Position numbers and translations under genes: made by a program. 64,000 nucleotides of DNA. Origin: a phage. Position 1 is the first letter of the stretch; each line of letters begins with the position of its first letter. Location of the stretch: assembly GCA_011884725.1 (NCBI GenBank), contig GCA_011884725.1_3919.1; one strand, 5' to 3'. Positions 1 through 8,612 of this stretch are shown in pieces. Under the pieces are notes generated by a model, which worked only from the letters and a program-made list of their open reading frames with translations, was not told the origin of the DNA and did no database searches.

Positions 1-2
1 TT

Positions 3-527
3 AACCTATATACACAGTTGGATGTTGGGAAGTGTGCATCATACCGATACTTAGTGGAGTCACTAGAAAAACTCCGTAAATTTTGCTGGATGCACAACAT
101 TCGTAAGATTGGTTTACCCATGATTGGTGCAGGTATCGGTGGTTTAGACGCACAAGCTGTGAAAAGCCTCATTAATAGCGTTATGTACAACGTTGATGTG
201 TACCTATACGTCTATGATGAAGCAATGGCAACTGTAGTTACCCCTAAGTATGCCACCTCAGCACCACAATTCTATGATGGTGTCGTGCTAAGTGACGGTA
301 AGTCTAACCATGTTACCCTCTATCAGCTTGTTGATGGTAAGGTCGAGGCTAGTTACCCTCTGGTTAGTGAGATGGGTATGTGTAATAGTGAAATGTTCTC
401 AATTGACCCGTTTGGTAGATACGAAGGGGTGTTCTTTGATAGCTACCCAGCAGCATACATCTACACAACAAATCAGGATGAAGTTCACTACTTGCTGTAT
501 TCTAAAAAGTTCAAATTCATAAACTAA
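3..527 (+). CDS. macro-domain-like protein, 5' end probably cut by window edge
   Basis: Frame open to window start (listed TTG start at 18 is probably internal). Motif LEKLRKF..NIRKIGLPMIGAGIGGLD resembles the macro-domain phosphate-binding loop (cf. IAFPAISTGVYG). Confidence 0.4.
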   Translation, partial: NLYTQLDVGKCASYRYLVESLEKLRKFCWMHNIRKIGLPMIGAGIGGLDAQAVKSLINSVMYNVDVYLYVYDEAMATVVTPKYATSAPQFYDGVVLSDGKSNHVTLYQLVDGKVEASYPLVSEMGMCNSEMFSIDPFGRYEGVFFDSYPAAYIYTTNQDEVHYLLYSKKFKFIN

Positions 528-923
528 TTAGTGCTTCACAGCACCTATAATTAATCTAAGAAGGCCGCCTAACCCATTGAAAAATTTAAGGTAAGGCAGC
601 CTTTTTCATTTTCAATTTGTGCAGGTAGCTGTATAGGTCTGCACAGGTGTCTCAAAAAATCTCATCGCCGGATAGAAAAATCATTTTCAAAACGTGCAGA
701 CTCCGCTCAGGTCGGGCAAGAAAAATCATTTTAGAATTGTGCAGGTAGGTTTTTATGGGGAGCCAGACCAACCCCTCTCCCCCTATTACTCCCCCTCTCC
801 CCAAAAGTCAAGAGAAAAATTTGTAGCGGATTGAAAAATAATTCTTGATTTGTGTTCTGTTTTGTGGTAGTCGTGTGCGCACGTTTCATTACAGTTTTTC
901 CAAAAATATTTTTAAAATTTTTC

Positions 924-952
924 TTGACTCTTTGAACGGGGTTATCTAGTAT
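924..952 (+). promoter_or_regulatory. sigma70-like promoter of early gene array
   Basis: TTGACT (924-929), 17-nt spacer, TAGTAT (947-952), directly upstream of the first conserved leader module. Confidence 0.5.
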
Positions 953-956
953 TTGC

Positions 957-1015
957 ATCAACGGGGAGGGAATGACCTTCCCCACTAAATAAAGTCCTAA
1001 ACTGGAGATTCAAAA
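957..1015 (+). repeat. leader module A copy 1 (5' hairpin + RBS)
   Basis: ATCAACGGGGAGGGAATGACCTTCCCCACTAA..CTGGAGATTCAAAAATG; hairpin 963-983; near-identical copies before six genes. Confidence 0.7.
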
Positions 1016-1399
1016 ATGGCATACCGTGCACCTAAATTCATCAACAAAGACAACTTTCGCAACGCACTGGAGAAGTCACTTGATGAGAATTTTAAAGGTA
1101 ACGTTATTGTTGTTCACTCATTTAATTTCAAGTATGATATCAATGGGAATAAAATCAACCATTACACGGCAACAATGCTAGATGGTACTCTTTCAAGTGA
1201 AAAAGCCATTTTACATGCACTTGCTGGACGTGGTAAAAACCTGATAAGATGCGATAAGAGACGTTATCAGGGTGGCGCATATGGTTACGATGATGCTGTT
1301 TATCATCTTGAAAATATGGGCTATCAAGTAGAAAAAGCTGGAGTGTCTCAAATAATTGGTAGTGATGGTTACGTAACTATCTTCAAAATTAACAAATAA
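1016..1399 (+). CDS. hypothetical early protein
   Basis: 127-aa ORF, ATG preceded by conserved GGAGATTCAAAA RBS of module A. Confidence 0.7.
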   Translation: MAYRAPKFINKDNFRNALEKSLDENFKGNVIVVHSFNFKYDINGNKINHYTATMLDGTLSSEKAILHALAGRGKNLIRCDKRRYQGGAYGYDDAVYHLENMGYQVEKAGVSQIIGSDGYVTIFKINK

Positions 1400-1484
1400 A
1401 GTACTTTACAGGGGGCTTATAGTTCGATAAAGTAAGCCCCAGATAAAGAGCTTTACCACTAAATCCTAAATTGGAGATTCAAAA
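1400..1484 (+). repeat. leader module B copy 1 (stem-loop + RBS)
   Basis: Hairpin GGGGCTTA..TAAGCCCC (1412-1440) then AGATAAAGAGCTTTACCACTAAATCCTAAATTGGAGATTCAAAAATG; four copies in window. Confidence 0.7.
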
Positions 1485-1775
1485 ATGGCTACTATCAAAA
1501 ACGTTGTAATCCCTGTAAAAACTCGTGATGACGCTCGCATCATGGCGAAAAAGTTAGGCGGGAAAGTGGTTGACAACGGAAAACAATCTGCTGTAAGATG
1601 GGGTGTGAAGGCTGATAAACAGTTGAAGTTAAAAAATTCACCAATAAATCTTTTTACATGTGTAAACACTATCGGAAAGACAAATGTATACACGAAAAAG
1701 GCATATATTAGACGCGTAGCCTTAACATCTCCAACTCGTACAATGAGAAGTCATGCAAAGCTGAAAATTAACTGA
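1485..1775 (+). CDS. hypothetical early protein
   Basis: 96-aa ORF behind module B RBS. Confidence 0.7.
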   Translation: MATIKNVVIPVKTRDDARIMAKKLGGKVVDNGKQSAVRWGVKADKQLKLKNSPINLFTCVNTIGKTNVYTKKAYIRRVALTSPTRTMRSHAKLKIN

Positions 1776-1777
1776 TA

Positions 1778-1863
1778 AAGTACTTTACAAGGGGCTTAAA
1801 AGTTGATACCTTAAGCCCCAGATAAAGAGCTTTACCACTAAATCCTAAACTGGAGATTCAAAA
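1778..1863 (+). repeat. leader module B copy 2
   Basis: Hairpin GGGGCTTAA..TTAAGCCCC (about 1791-1819) plus conserved RBS region. Confidence 0.7.
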
Positions 1864-2160
1864 ATGAAATTATCAAATAAAGTTCGTGAAAATCTAAGCA
1901 AATTACTCAACAAAATTGATTTCATTGAAACATCAAGAAATAGCCATGATGTTATGGAATGGTTACACGGCAAAATAAAAGGTCGTCGTGTAGTGATTTG
2001 CTTATGGAATAGTTGCAGGGAGTATAAAAAACCTGTATTGCAAGTCAATATCTATGATGATAATCTTAAAAGTCCTGTCAAATCTAAAAGCGATTTACTA
2101 GATTCTTATGAGATAACTGTAAATGGCAAAGTGTCACGTAAAGAGGAAGCACCATGTTAA
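1864..2160 (+). CDS. hypothetical early protein
   Basis: 98-aa ORF behind module B. Confidence 0.7.
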   Translation: MKLSNKVRENLSKLLNKIDFIETSRNSHDVMEWLHGKIKGRRVVICLWNSCREYKKPVLQVNIYDDNLKSPVKSKSDLLDSYEITVNGKVSRKEEAPC

Positions 2161-2486
2161 TGACTGGTATCACTGCAATCATTGCCATTTTCGCGCTCTA
2201 TAAGGCATATAAAGCCTATAATCTAGCAAATAAGGCAATCACACAACAGGTTAGTAATAGCCTTGTAATGAGCTTTCTAGAGCGGTTGAGCGATGAACAA
2301 TTAAAGCGGTTAGAAATGAGCTTCAGATTCAGGGCGAGAACTTATCAAATCAGCGACATTTTCAAAGATGATTTTCAATTAGTCGATGATTATAATTCTC
2401 TGATAAATGCTTTAAATATTAGTGACTTAAAAGACTATCATACTGTAATTGTTCAAGAGTTGAGCAAACGAAAACAAAACTGTTGA
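2154..2486 (+). CDS. hypothetical membrane protein
   Basis: 110-aa ORF, hydrophobic N-terminus (MLMTGITAIIAIFALY), start overlaps previous stop. Confidence 0.6.
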   Translation: MLMTGITAIIAIFALYKAYKAYNLANKAITQQVSNSLVMSFLERLSDEQLKRLEMSFRFRARTYQISDIFKDDFQLVDDYNSLINALNISDLKDYHTVIVQELSKRKQNC

Positions 2487-2511
2487 CACTGATTTTTAGA
2501 TAGATTAAATT
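2483..2511 (+). promoter_or_regulatory. sigma70-like promoter
   Basis: TTGACA (2483-2488), 17-nt spacer, TAAATT; identical sequence recurs at 3347-3375. Confidence 0.55.
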
Positions 2512-2515
2512 ACAC

Positions 2516-2575
2516 ATCAACGGGGAGGGAATGACCTTCCCCACTAAGTAAAGTCCTTAAACTAGGAGATTCAAA
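2516..2575 (+). repeat. leader module A copy 2
   Basis: Same 5' hairpin (2522-2542) and RBS as copy 1. Confidence 0.7.
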
Positions 2576-2848
2576 ATGTATACTACTAACAACGGTCGCA
2601 CTTTAAATGTCACTCTACGTCACTATGTCGACGGTGTGATGCACTTTGAGGATTTACAGGCTGAGCAACATATCTTAAATTGGCAAGTCGCAGGACTCCA
2701 AAAAACTGCTACCGGATACGGCAAAAAGATTCCAACTAGCTGGAAAGTTCACTATGAAGGCCGTTTGCGCAGAATTTATCAGGATGTATGTAACAATAGC
2801 ACATCAAGTTACATCATAGTAAAAGGTAAAAAACTGCATTTAGTATAA
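2576..2848 (+). CDS. hypothetical early protein
   Basis: 90-aa ORF behind module A. Confidence 0.7.
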   Translation: MYTTNNGRTLNVTLRHYVDGVMHFEDLQAEQHILNWQVAGLQKTATGYGKKIPTSWKVHYEGRLRRIYQDVCNNSTSSYIIVKGKKLHLV

Positions 2849-2849
2849 A

Positions 2850-2933
2850 GTACTTTACAGGGGGCTTATTAGTCTGTACAGTAAGCCCCAGATAAAGAGC
2901 TTTACCACTCAATCCTAAATTGGAGATTCTAAA
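2850..2933 (+). repeat. leader module B copy 3
   Basis: Hairpin about 2861-2889 plus conserved RBS region. Confidence 0.7.
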
Positions 2934-3338
2934 ATGACTATTAATAATCGTGAGTTGTCAATCTTAAAAGCACGTTTAACCGTTAATCGAATCAATGTTA
3001 TTACATCATCAGCACCGGATGAAACATTGCACAACATTATCGGAAAGATTCAAAGCGTTATCTTAGACGTTGAAAACGTAAAAAACTCATTGGCTGACGT
3101 TGCAGCAGGTATCACGCTAGACGGTGCACAATATGAAATGGCCGACATGTTAGGCAAATCTAAGGTAATGAATAAAGAGTTAGACTTGAAAATGTTTAGA
3201 TTTGCCGTGAAAGTGTGGCTATCTGTTGAGTATGATGCTAATTTTGCAATCGCTGATTTCTTTGCCACTTGGTTACAACGTAATTTGGCAAATCATGACT
3301 TTCGTGACATCTGCGACGCAATTTATGCAGAACTCTAA
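2934..3338 (+). CDS. hypothetical early protein
   Basis: 134-aa ORF behind module B. Confidence 0.7.
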   Translation: MTINNRELSILKARLTVNRINVITSSAPDETLHNIIGKIQSVILDVENVKNSLADVAAGITLDGAQYEMADMLGKSKVMNKELDLKMFRFAVKVWLSVEYDANFAIADFFATWLQRNLANHDFRDICDAIYAEL

Positions 3339-3346
3339 AAATTTTA

Positions 3347-3375
3347 TTGACACTGATTTTTAGATAGATTAAATT
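3347..3375 (+). promoter_or_regulatory. sigma70-like promoter (duplicate of 2483-2511)
   Basis: TTGACACTGATTTTTAGATAGATTAAATT. Confidence 0.55.
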
Positions 3376-3377
3376 AC

Positions 3378-3439
3378 ACATCAACGGGGAGGGAATGACC
3401 TTCCCCACTAAGTAAAGTCCTTAAACTAGGAGATTCAAA
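3378..3439 (+). repeat. leader module A copy 3
   Basis: Hairpin 3385-3405 plus RBS. Confidence 0.7.
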
Positions 3440-3637
3440 ATGGCTATTATCAACGGTTTAACCATTGAAACCACGCACATCAAAGACATTAAAGTTGGTG
3501 ATGTAGTTCTTTCCCACGGCGTAGAAAAAACAGTCACTGCAAAGGGTATCAAAGATGATTCTTTCATGGGTAGAACTCTCTTCGGTGATTCTTATTGCTT
3601 AGGTTATCTTGCAGTTTTAAAAGTTGTCAAAAATTAA
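3440..3637 (+). CDS. hypothetical early protein
   Basis: 65-aa ORF behind module A. Confidence 0.65.
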   Translation: MAIINGLTIETTHIKDIKVGDVVLSHGVEKTVTAKGIKDDSFMGRTLFGDSYCLGYLAVLKVVKN

Positions 3638-3639
3638 CT

Positions 3640-3730
3640 GATAAAGTACTTTACAAGGGGTTTATAGTTCGATAAAGTAAGCCCCAGATAAAGAGCTTTA
3701 CCACTAAATCCTTAAACTAGGAGATTCAAA
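3640..3730 (+). repeat. leader module B copy 4
   Basis: Hairpin GGGGTTTA..TAAGCCCC (3657-3685); a C-to-T change gives a G.U pair, consistent with an RNA stem. Confidence 0.7.
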
Positions 3731-4273
3731 ATGAAATGCTTTCACGGTACTACTCAAGAAAACTTTATCAACCTGATTAATAACGGTGATAAACCATCAG
3801 GTGTATGGAATTGTTCGGATATGGACGGCAATTTTTACGTGTACCCAGAAAATAAACTCTATGGTGATGATGAGGAAGAGATAGCATCGGAAGGTATCCA
3901 GCAAGCTCTAGGAAATGCCACTATCACGGCAGCTTTTCAGATGAAAACTCAAAATATTGTTATCTTAGAACTTGACATTCCAGAGGATGAGCTAAATGAT
4001 GATTATTCTTGTGATAACATGTCAAATATAGCAAGCTTTACAGAGTACTTTGATGTAAATTGGATTAAAAAGGTCTATACAACAGAGTTCAACGCTATGT
4101 ATTCACCTTTTTGTCTCCCTTCACTGGATAACCCAAATTTAAATTATCTTGATGAAACATTGGAGCTACTTGCTAAAAGTATCCAACAATCCGACAGTAT
4201 TCAGGTTTTTTGTGACATCATGGATACACTGACAGAAAACATTGTAGAGAGTGATTTAAAGGTCTTTTTCTAA
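3731..4273 (+). CDS. hypothetical early protein
   Basis: 180-aa ORF with conserved RBS. Confidence 0.7.
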   Translation: MKCFHGTTQENFINLINNGDKPSGVWNCSDMDGNFYVYPENKLYGDDEEEIASEGIQQALGNATITAAFQMKTQNIVILELDIPEDELNDDYSCDNMSNIASFTEYFDVNWIKKVYTTEFNAMYSPFCLPSLDNPNLNYLDETLELLAKSIQQSDSIQVFCDIMDTLTENIVESDLKVFF

Positions 4274-4305
4274 AAACCTATACATTCACCTTATAAACAC
4301 TGATT

Positions 4306-4326
4306 AACCCCTTACAGGGGCTTTTA
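4306..4326 (+). terminator. possible intrinsic terminator
   Basis: CCCCT-TAC-AGGGG stem followed by CTTTT. Confidence 0.4.
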
Positions 4327-4339
4327 GAGGGCTTAAATC

Positions 4340-4573
4340 ATGCTTACAACCATTTATCTCATCCTTTCTATCTGTAGCGGTCATTCATGTGACTTTAAAG
4401 GGCTTGAAGAGTTTACAGGAAGTAAAGAAAATGCTATTCAGGTTTGCCAGATAGCAAGACAAGACTATCCCGCCAGTGATGATATACAATGCTACTTTAA
4501 GACAGAAGATGAAGAAGGAATCTATTTCGACAGTGTTGATGGTCAATATGAAATTATCATTGAAAAAGACTAG
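4340..4573 (+). CDS. hypothetical protein
   Basis: 77-aa ORF; RBS GAGGG upstream. Confidence 0.6.
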   Translation: MLTTIYLILSICSGHSCDFKGLEEFTGSKENAIQVCQIARQDYPASDDIQCYFKTEDEEGIYFDSVDGQYEIIIEKD

Positions 4574-4603
4574 ACAAGCCTGATAAAAGTCTGTAAATTA
4601 CAC

Positions 4604-4663
4604 ATCAACGGGGAGGGAATGACCTTCCCCACTAAATAAAGTCCTAAACTGGAGATTCTAAAA
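4604..4663 (+). repeat. leader module A copy 4
   Basis: Hairpin 4610-4630 plus RBS; preceded by TAAATT -10 element. Confidence 0.7.
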
Positions 4664-5005
4664 ATGGCTTATGTAACCGTAATTACTGATAAAGAGAATT
4701 CATCTTGGTCAACTCAGGTTAGTGACAAGATGTCACCTATGCAGTGCCTAAAATACTTTGAGCAGTGGAATAAAGGCGAGGATGTAAGCCCATTTCAAGT
4801 GATGCAGGTTATCCATGTAGATAACGAAGGGAATAAAACGGTTTTAAATAGTGAGTACTACGCAAGCCGTTTTGAAACTAGAAGTAAAACAATGAAGCTT
4901 TTACGTGAATCCGGTTATGCCCATATCGCCGCGCTAATCTGGGATGACCTGCTAAAAAGTCAGCGTATCAGCTATGTAAAACCTGAAAAAATATTCATCA
5001 GTTAA
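4664..5005 (+). CDS. hypothetical early protein
   Basis: 113-aa ORF behind module A. Confidence 0.7.
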   Translation: MAYVTVITDKENSSWSTQVSDKMSPMQCLKYFEQWNKGEDVSPFQVMQVIHVDNEGNKTVLNSEYYASRFETRSKTMKLLRESGYAHIAALIWDDLLKSQRISYVKPEKIFIS

Positions 5006-5037
5006 TCAATAACTTATAAAAAACTTTTAAAAAAGTG

Positions 5038-5066
5038 TTGACAACACCCCTTGACAATAGTACATT
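5038..5066 (+). promoter_or_regulatory. promoter with tandem TTGACA boxes
   Basis: GTTGACAACACCCCTTGACAATAGTACATT: TTGACA at 5038 and 5051, TACATT 17 nt after the first. Confidence 0.45.
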
Positions 5067-5206
5067 TGTTCGAGGGGGTTTATCTAAAAGGGATTCACTT
5101 AAAAGATTCTTTATAGATAAACTTAAAAAATTGCTTGCAATCATCTTCCAAAAACTTTATAGTTTATCTCAAGCAATAATGCTTTCCTAAACTGGAGATT
5201 CAAAAA

Positions 5207-5737
5207 ATGAACAAGTTCAAAGCTATCAACTACATTCGCTCAAATAGTGTCATGTCTAAGCCTGTTAAGGATACCTACGAATTCCGTTGCAATGGTGAAC
5301 ACTTTGCTACCATCACCAAATCAAACAACGGGGCTTATTATATCCATCGTCGTAATGTTTCTACGGTTGTAGTTTCTAACTTTATGCAAGCTGTAGCGGA
5401 ACTCCTCCCGCTCTTCTTAGAAAAGTATGCCGTACAGTGTGAAAGTGTTCGTGAATGCACTAAAACAGTGTTAAACGGTTATCGTATGGCTTACGAGCGC
5501 TCTTTAAAGAATCTCAATAAATACTACAAAGCACCGGAAGGCACTTCATCCACAGCCTACGGGGTAGGGGGCTTCAATGTCAGCCTTTACGAAGTGGAAG
5601 AAATCGAGCTTTATGACCATCGCCCAAATGGTTACGCTAAGACACTGGGAGAGGGGTTAATGCTGAATATCAAGAACTTAGAAAAAACTTTAAGAGAAAT
5701 TGAAAAAGATATTGACGAGACAATCAAAAGTCTGTAA
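5207..5737 (+). CDS. hypothetical protein
   Basis: 176-aa ORF; RBS CTGGAGATTCAAAAAATG. Confidence 0.7.
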   Translation: MNKFKAINYIRSNSVMSKPVKDTYEFRCNGEHFATITKSNNGAYYIHRRNVSTVVVSNFMQAVAELLPLFLEKYAVQCESVRECTKTVLNGYRMAYERSLKNLNKYYKAPEGTSSTAYGVGGFNVSLYEVEEIELYDHRPNGYAKTLGEGLMLNIKNLEKTLREIEKDIDETIKSL

Positions 5738-5743
5738 ATTATC

Positions 5744-5802
5744 AATCAACGGGGAGGGAATAACCTTCCCCACTAAGTAAAGTCCTAAACTGGAGATTCA
5801 AA
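5744..5802 (+). repeat. leader module A copy 5
   Basis: Hairpin GGGGAGGGAATAACCTTCCCC (5751-5771) plus RBS. Confidence 0.7.
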
Positions 5803-6066
5803 ATGGAACACGTAGAACTGACCACACTCTTACAAATCGCAACCGACAAGGAAGACGTAGCATTATTTCACCGTATAGAGAGTGATTTGTTCAATGGTGA
5901 AATCATCAAAGAATCTTACGAAGTTGTCGGATTCAAAGATGGTAAAGCATTTGGCTTTTTTGACCTCGACAAAAGCAAAGCGGTTACAAAGTACGATGTT
6001 CTATCTTGTGAGATTCTTACAAAATACAACGAAAAAAGGCTTGCAACCTACGCCAACATGCAGTAA
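5803..6066 (+). CDS. hypothetical early protein
   Basis: 87-aa ORF behind module A. Confidence 0.7.
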   Translation: MEHVELTTLLQIATDKEDVALFHRIESDLFNGEIIKESYEVVGFKDGKAFGFFDLDKSKAVTKYDVLSCEILTKYNEKRLATYANMQ

Positions 6067-6072
6067 ATTACT

Positions 6073-6132
6073 AATCAACGGGGAGGGATGACCTCCCTAC
6101 TAAACAAAGTCCTAAACTGGAGAATCTAAATT
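6073..6132 (+). repeat. leader module A copy 6 (variant)
   Basis: Variant hairpin GGGAGGGATGACCTCCCT with compensatory changes, then conserved RBS. Confidence 0.65.
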
Positions 6133-6381
6133 ATGTCAACTATCCGCGTAACTGTTAATGCTTATGGCTGCCACCAACTTGATGCAAAATTCGATATCGG
6201 TGGAACAGATAACACCTTTGACCTTATCAAAATGCTGATTCAGCAGGTGATACCAGATTATAACCCTACTGATGACTTCTGGAAAGATGCCGTAAAAGAA
6301 GCCATAAACGAGGAATCTCACTACCATTATTGGGGTGACTTGATTATCTCTCTGTACTACAGCAAACAAGGTTACAACTAA
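6133..6381 (+). CDS. hypothetical early protein
   Basis: 82-aa ORF behind module A variant. Confidence 0.7.
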   Translation: MSTIRVTVNAYGCHQLDAKFDIGGTDNTFDLIKMLIQQVIPDYNPTDDFWKDAVKEAINEESHYHYWGDLIISLYYSKQGYN

Positions 6382-6391
6382 TCGACGCAGC

Positions 6392-6445
6392 GGGGCTAAA
6401 TAGCCCCAGATACCTGAAAAGCTCCTTCTCATAGGGGCTTTTTTA
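6392..6445 (+). terminator. terminator(s) closing the early plus-strand array
   Basis: Hairpin GGGGCTAAATAGCCCC (6392-6407) and GGGGC + TTTTTT (6434-6445). Confidence 0.55.
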
Positions 6446-6449
6446 CGTC

Positions 6450-8010
6450 TATAAAGAGACTCTATACAGTCCCTTTCCTTTCCTTCCTAGAATCTATCCC
6501 ACTAATTCGATAGAGACTATCTCATACCTTAAAAAGCAATAACTCTATAGTCTACTCTATAACCTCTTATCAAATCAACTTAAATATAAGCCCATAACCC
6601 GAAAGGGAAGGGCAACCACTAAAACGCTCTATAAAGCTCTATAACAGCCTTATCAATCTAACTTAAGCAATCATATTAACCTACTCTAAAAAGCCCTTTA
6701 TAGAGCTTCCCAGAGCCTTAAAAGAATCTTATAAGGGTGTAAGCTTTATTATCTCGTTAGCTATCTTGTGAACTACTAAAAAGGGCTTGTTAGTGTCTTA
6801 AAAGTATGTTATAGGGGCTATAAAGTTACTTCAAAGTTACGTAAAAGGGGCTATAAAGTTACGTAAATGCTAGCCCCCTTAACATTTTCTTAACAATTTC
6901 TTAACAATCCCTACATAGTTATGCTTTTAAGGCACTTGTTAGAGACTTGTTAGCCCCTTGTTAAATCTCTGTTAAGACCACGTAAAAGCCTTGTAAGAGT
7001 CTTTAGCATAGCCTTTAAAGCCTCTGTAAAGCCCTATAAAGAGGTGTCTGTATAGTTGGGGTGTAATTACTAGGAAGAGACTTAAAAGAGCTTACAAGGA
7101 GCTATAGAGAGCTTTTAAGAGGGCTATTTAGAGAATCACTAAGAGGGAAAGGGAACGATAAGAAAAGAGATAGTGACCATGTTAATAGCTTGTTAAAAAG
7201 ATTAAACACTTGTTAGGAACTTGTTAATTATCCCTACAAAATAACTCTTTAAAATTAACTTGTTAGCTCTTGTTAGTCATCTGTTAAGATTCTGTAAAGC
7301 CTATGTATCAACTGTTAAGAAACTGTTACACCCTTGTTAGTTCTGTTAAGAATCTGTTAAGACCTCTGAAGAGATGTTAAGAAGATGTGAGAACTGTTAA
7401 GGAATTGTTAATGATATTTTAAAATTTTGCAAAGTACTTGTAAGGGAGTTGTTAAGGGCTACCAAGCAGATATACATCTTCTACAGATATTTTTCAGTCC
7501 CTTCAAAGACCCTAAAAAATGACTTGATAGTCCTATTTTATAAAAATTTTAAAATTCTGAATAATTACCTATACAGTCTTTTAAAAATACAGGTAATAAC
7601 AGGCTTATAAGATACCTTGTTAGTACCGTGTTAGACCTTGTGAGATAAGGTCTGTAAAGATATTCCTGTTAAGTTTGTTAAAACAGTCTATATAGAGGCT
7701 TAGTATTTCCTAGTGAACACCTATAGAGGGTAACATAGCTAACCTAGAGATTAAGAGGTGTATAGGAGCTTCTAAGAGGGTGTAGAGAGATGGTTAAGGT
7801 GATTGTATAGGTTGTTAAGAAGGCTTGTTAGAAGAGTGTTTAGAAGGGCTATACAGAGGGGCTATTAAGACCACTAGATAGATACTAAGATACTATATAG
7901 TACTATATAACTATATAGAGAGTAAGATTAAGAAGGTTGTTAAGAAGGGTAGATATTTTATTCACATATGATGGTGACCCAGCGGTTGGGACAACCGATA
8001 AATTTTATAA
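6450..8010. repeat. ORF-free region with dense phased short repeats (iteron-like)
   Basis: No ORF of 60 aa or more in any frame; more than 30 copies of (C)TTGTTA(A/G) and CTGTTAAG, several CTATAAAG, tandem GGGGCTATAAAGTTAC x2 (6817, 6846); spacing in 7261-7410 is multiples of about 10-11 bp. Confidence 0.75.
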
Positions 8011-8042
8011 AAATTAAAAAGCCCCCGATTAAGGAGGCTCTT
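7975..8042 (-). terminator. possible terminator region after minus-strand operon
   Basis: Hairpin CGGTTG-GGA-CAACCG (7983-7997) and GC-rich GCCCCCGATTAAGGAGGCTC next to A/T runs, just downstream of the stop at 8051. Confidence 0.3.
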
Positions 8043-8050
8043 AAGATATT

Positions 8051-8599
8051 TTAAATCAGTGTTTCCAGAACTGTTTTCAATGATGACTTGGTTGTCTGAT
8101 AAAAATGAGTAAATCCATTGTTATTATCGAATACCTGCATCATGATATCATCTCCCTTGATTGGGTACACTCGGATATCATAGTGAAAACCATTAAAGAC
8201 ACAAGAACCACTACAGAATGCTCTAAAGTCATCTACTGAGATATACTCTTCATGACCTGTGATTTTTATACAAACGCCTTTACTCGGTCTCTTAGGGTTG
8301 ATATCTTCCATCACAGACATACTCTGTCCACCAAGAGATACCATAGTGACCACTTTACGGTTCTTCTGTTTAAAGTACATCTTAACTTTCTGCAAAGTGT
8401 CTTCATAGAATGGATAAGACCTTTCTACAAAGATTCCTTCAAGTGGCTCTTTACCATTTTCAACTTCTCGGTTATGCCGTACTGCAAAGATAATTTGTTC
8501 GAACCAGTCAAGATTTTCTTCGGAGAGTGCTTCCCGAACATCCTTCCAGTCAAGTACTAAGTAGTTACCTTCAACTTCTTTTAAGTTATCTTTTTCCAT
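8051..8599 (-). CDS. hypothetical protein
   Basis: ORF 8051-8674; internal ATG at 8599 chosen because it avoids a 62-nt overlap with the upstream gene. Start is uncertain. Confidence 0.55.
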   Translation of the reverse strand: MEKDNLKEVEGNYLVLDWKDVREALSEENLDWFEQIIFAVRHNREVENGKEPLEGIFVERSYPFYEDTLQKVKMYFKQKNRKVVTMVSLGGQSMSVMEDINPKRPSKGVCIKITGHEEYISVDDFRAFCSGSCVFNGFHYDIRVYPIKGDDIMMQVFDNNNGFTHFYQTTKSSLKTVLETLI

Positions 8600-8612
8600 A
8601 TCTATCACACCA

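Noticed and set aside
292-522. 76-aa plus-strand ORF
   Set aside because: Alternative frame fully inside the macro-domain-like ORF.
6136-6432. 98-aa minus-strand ORF
   Set aside because: Antisense to the last early gene, which has the conserved leader module and RBS, and it runs into the terminator.
6450-8010. Possible CRISPR array in the repeat-rich non-coding region
   Set aside because: Repeats are only 7-9 bp, degenerate and irregularly spaced, with no 25-40 bp repeat/spacer alternation and no cas genes.
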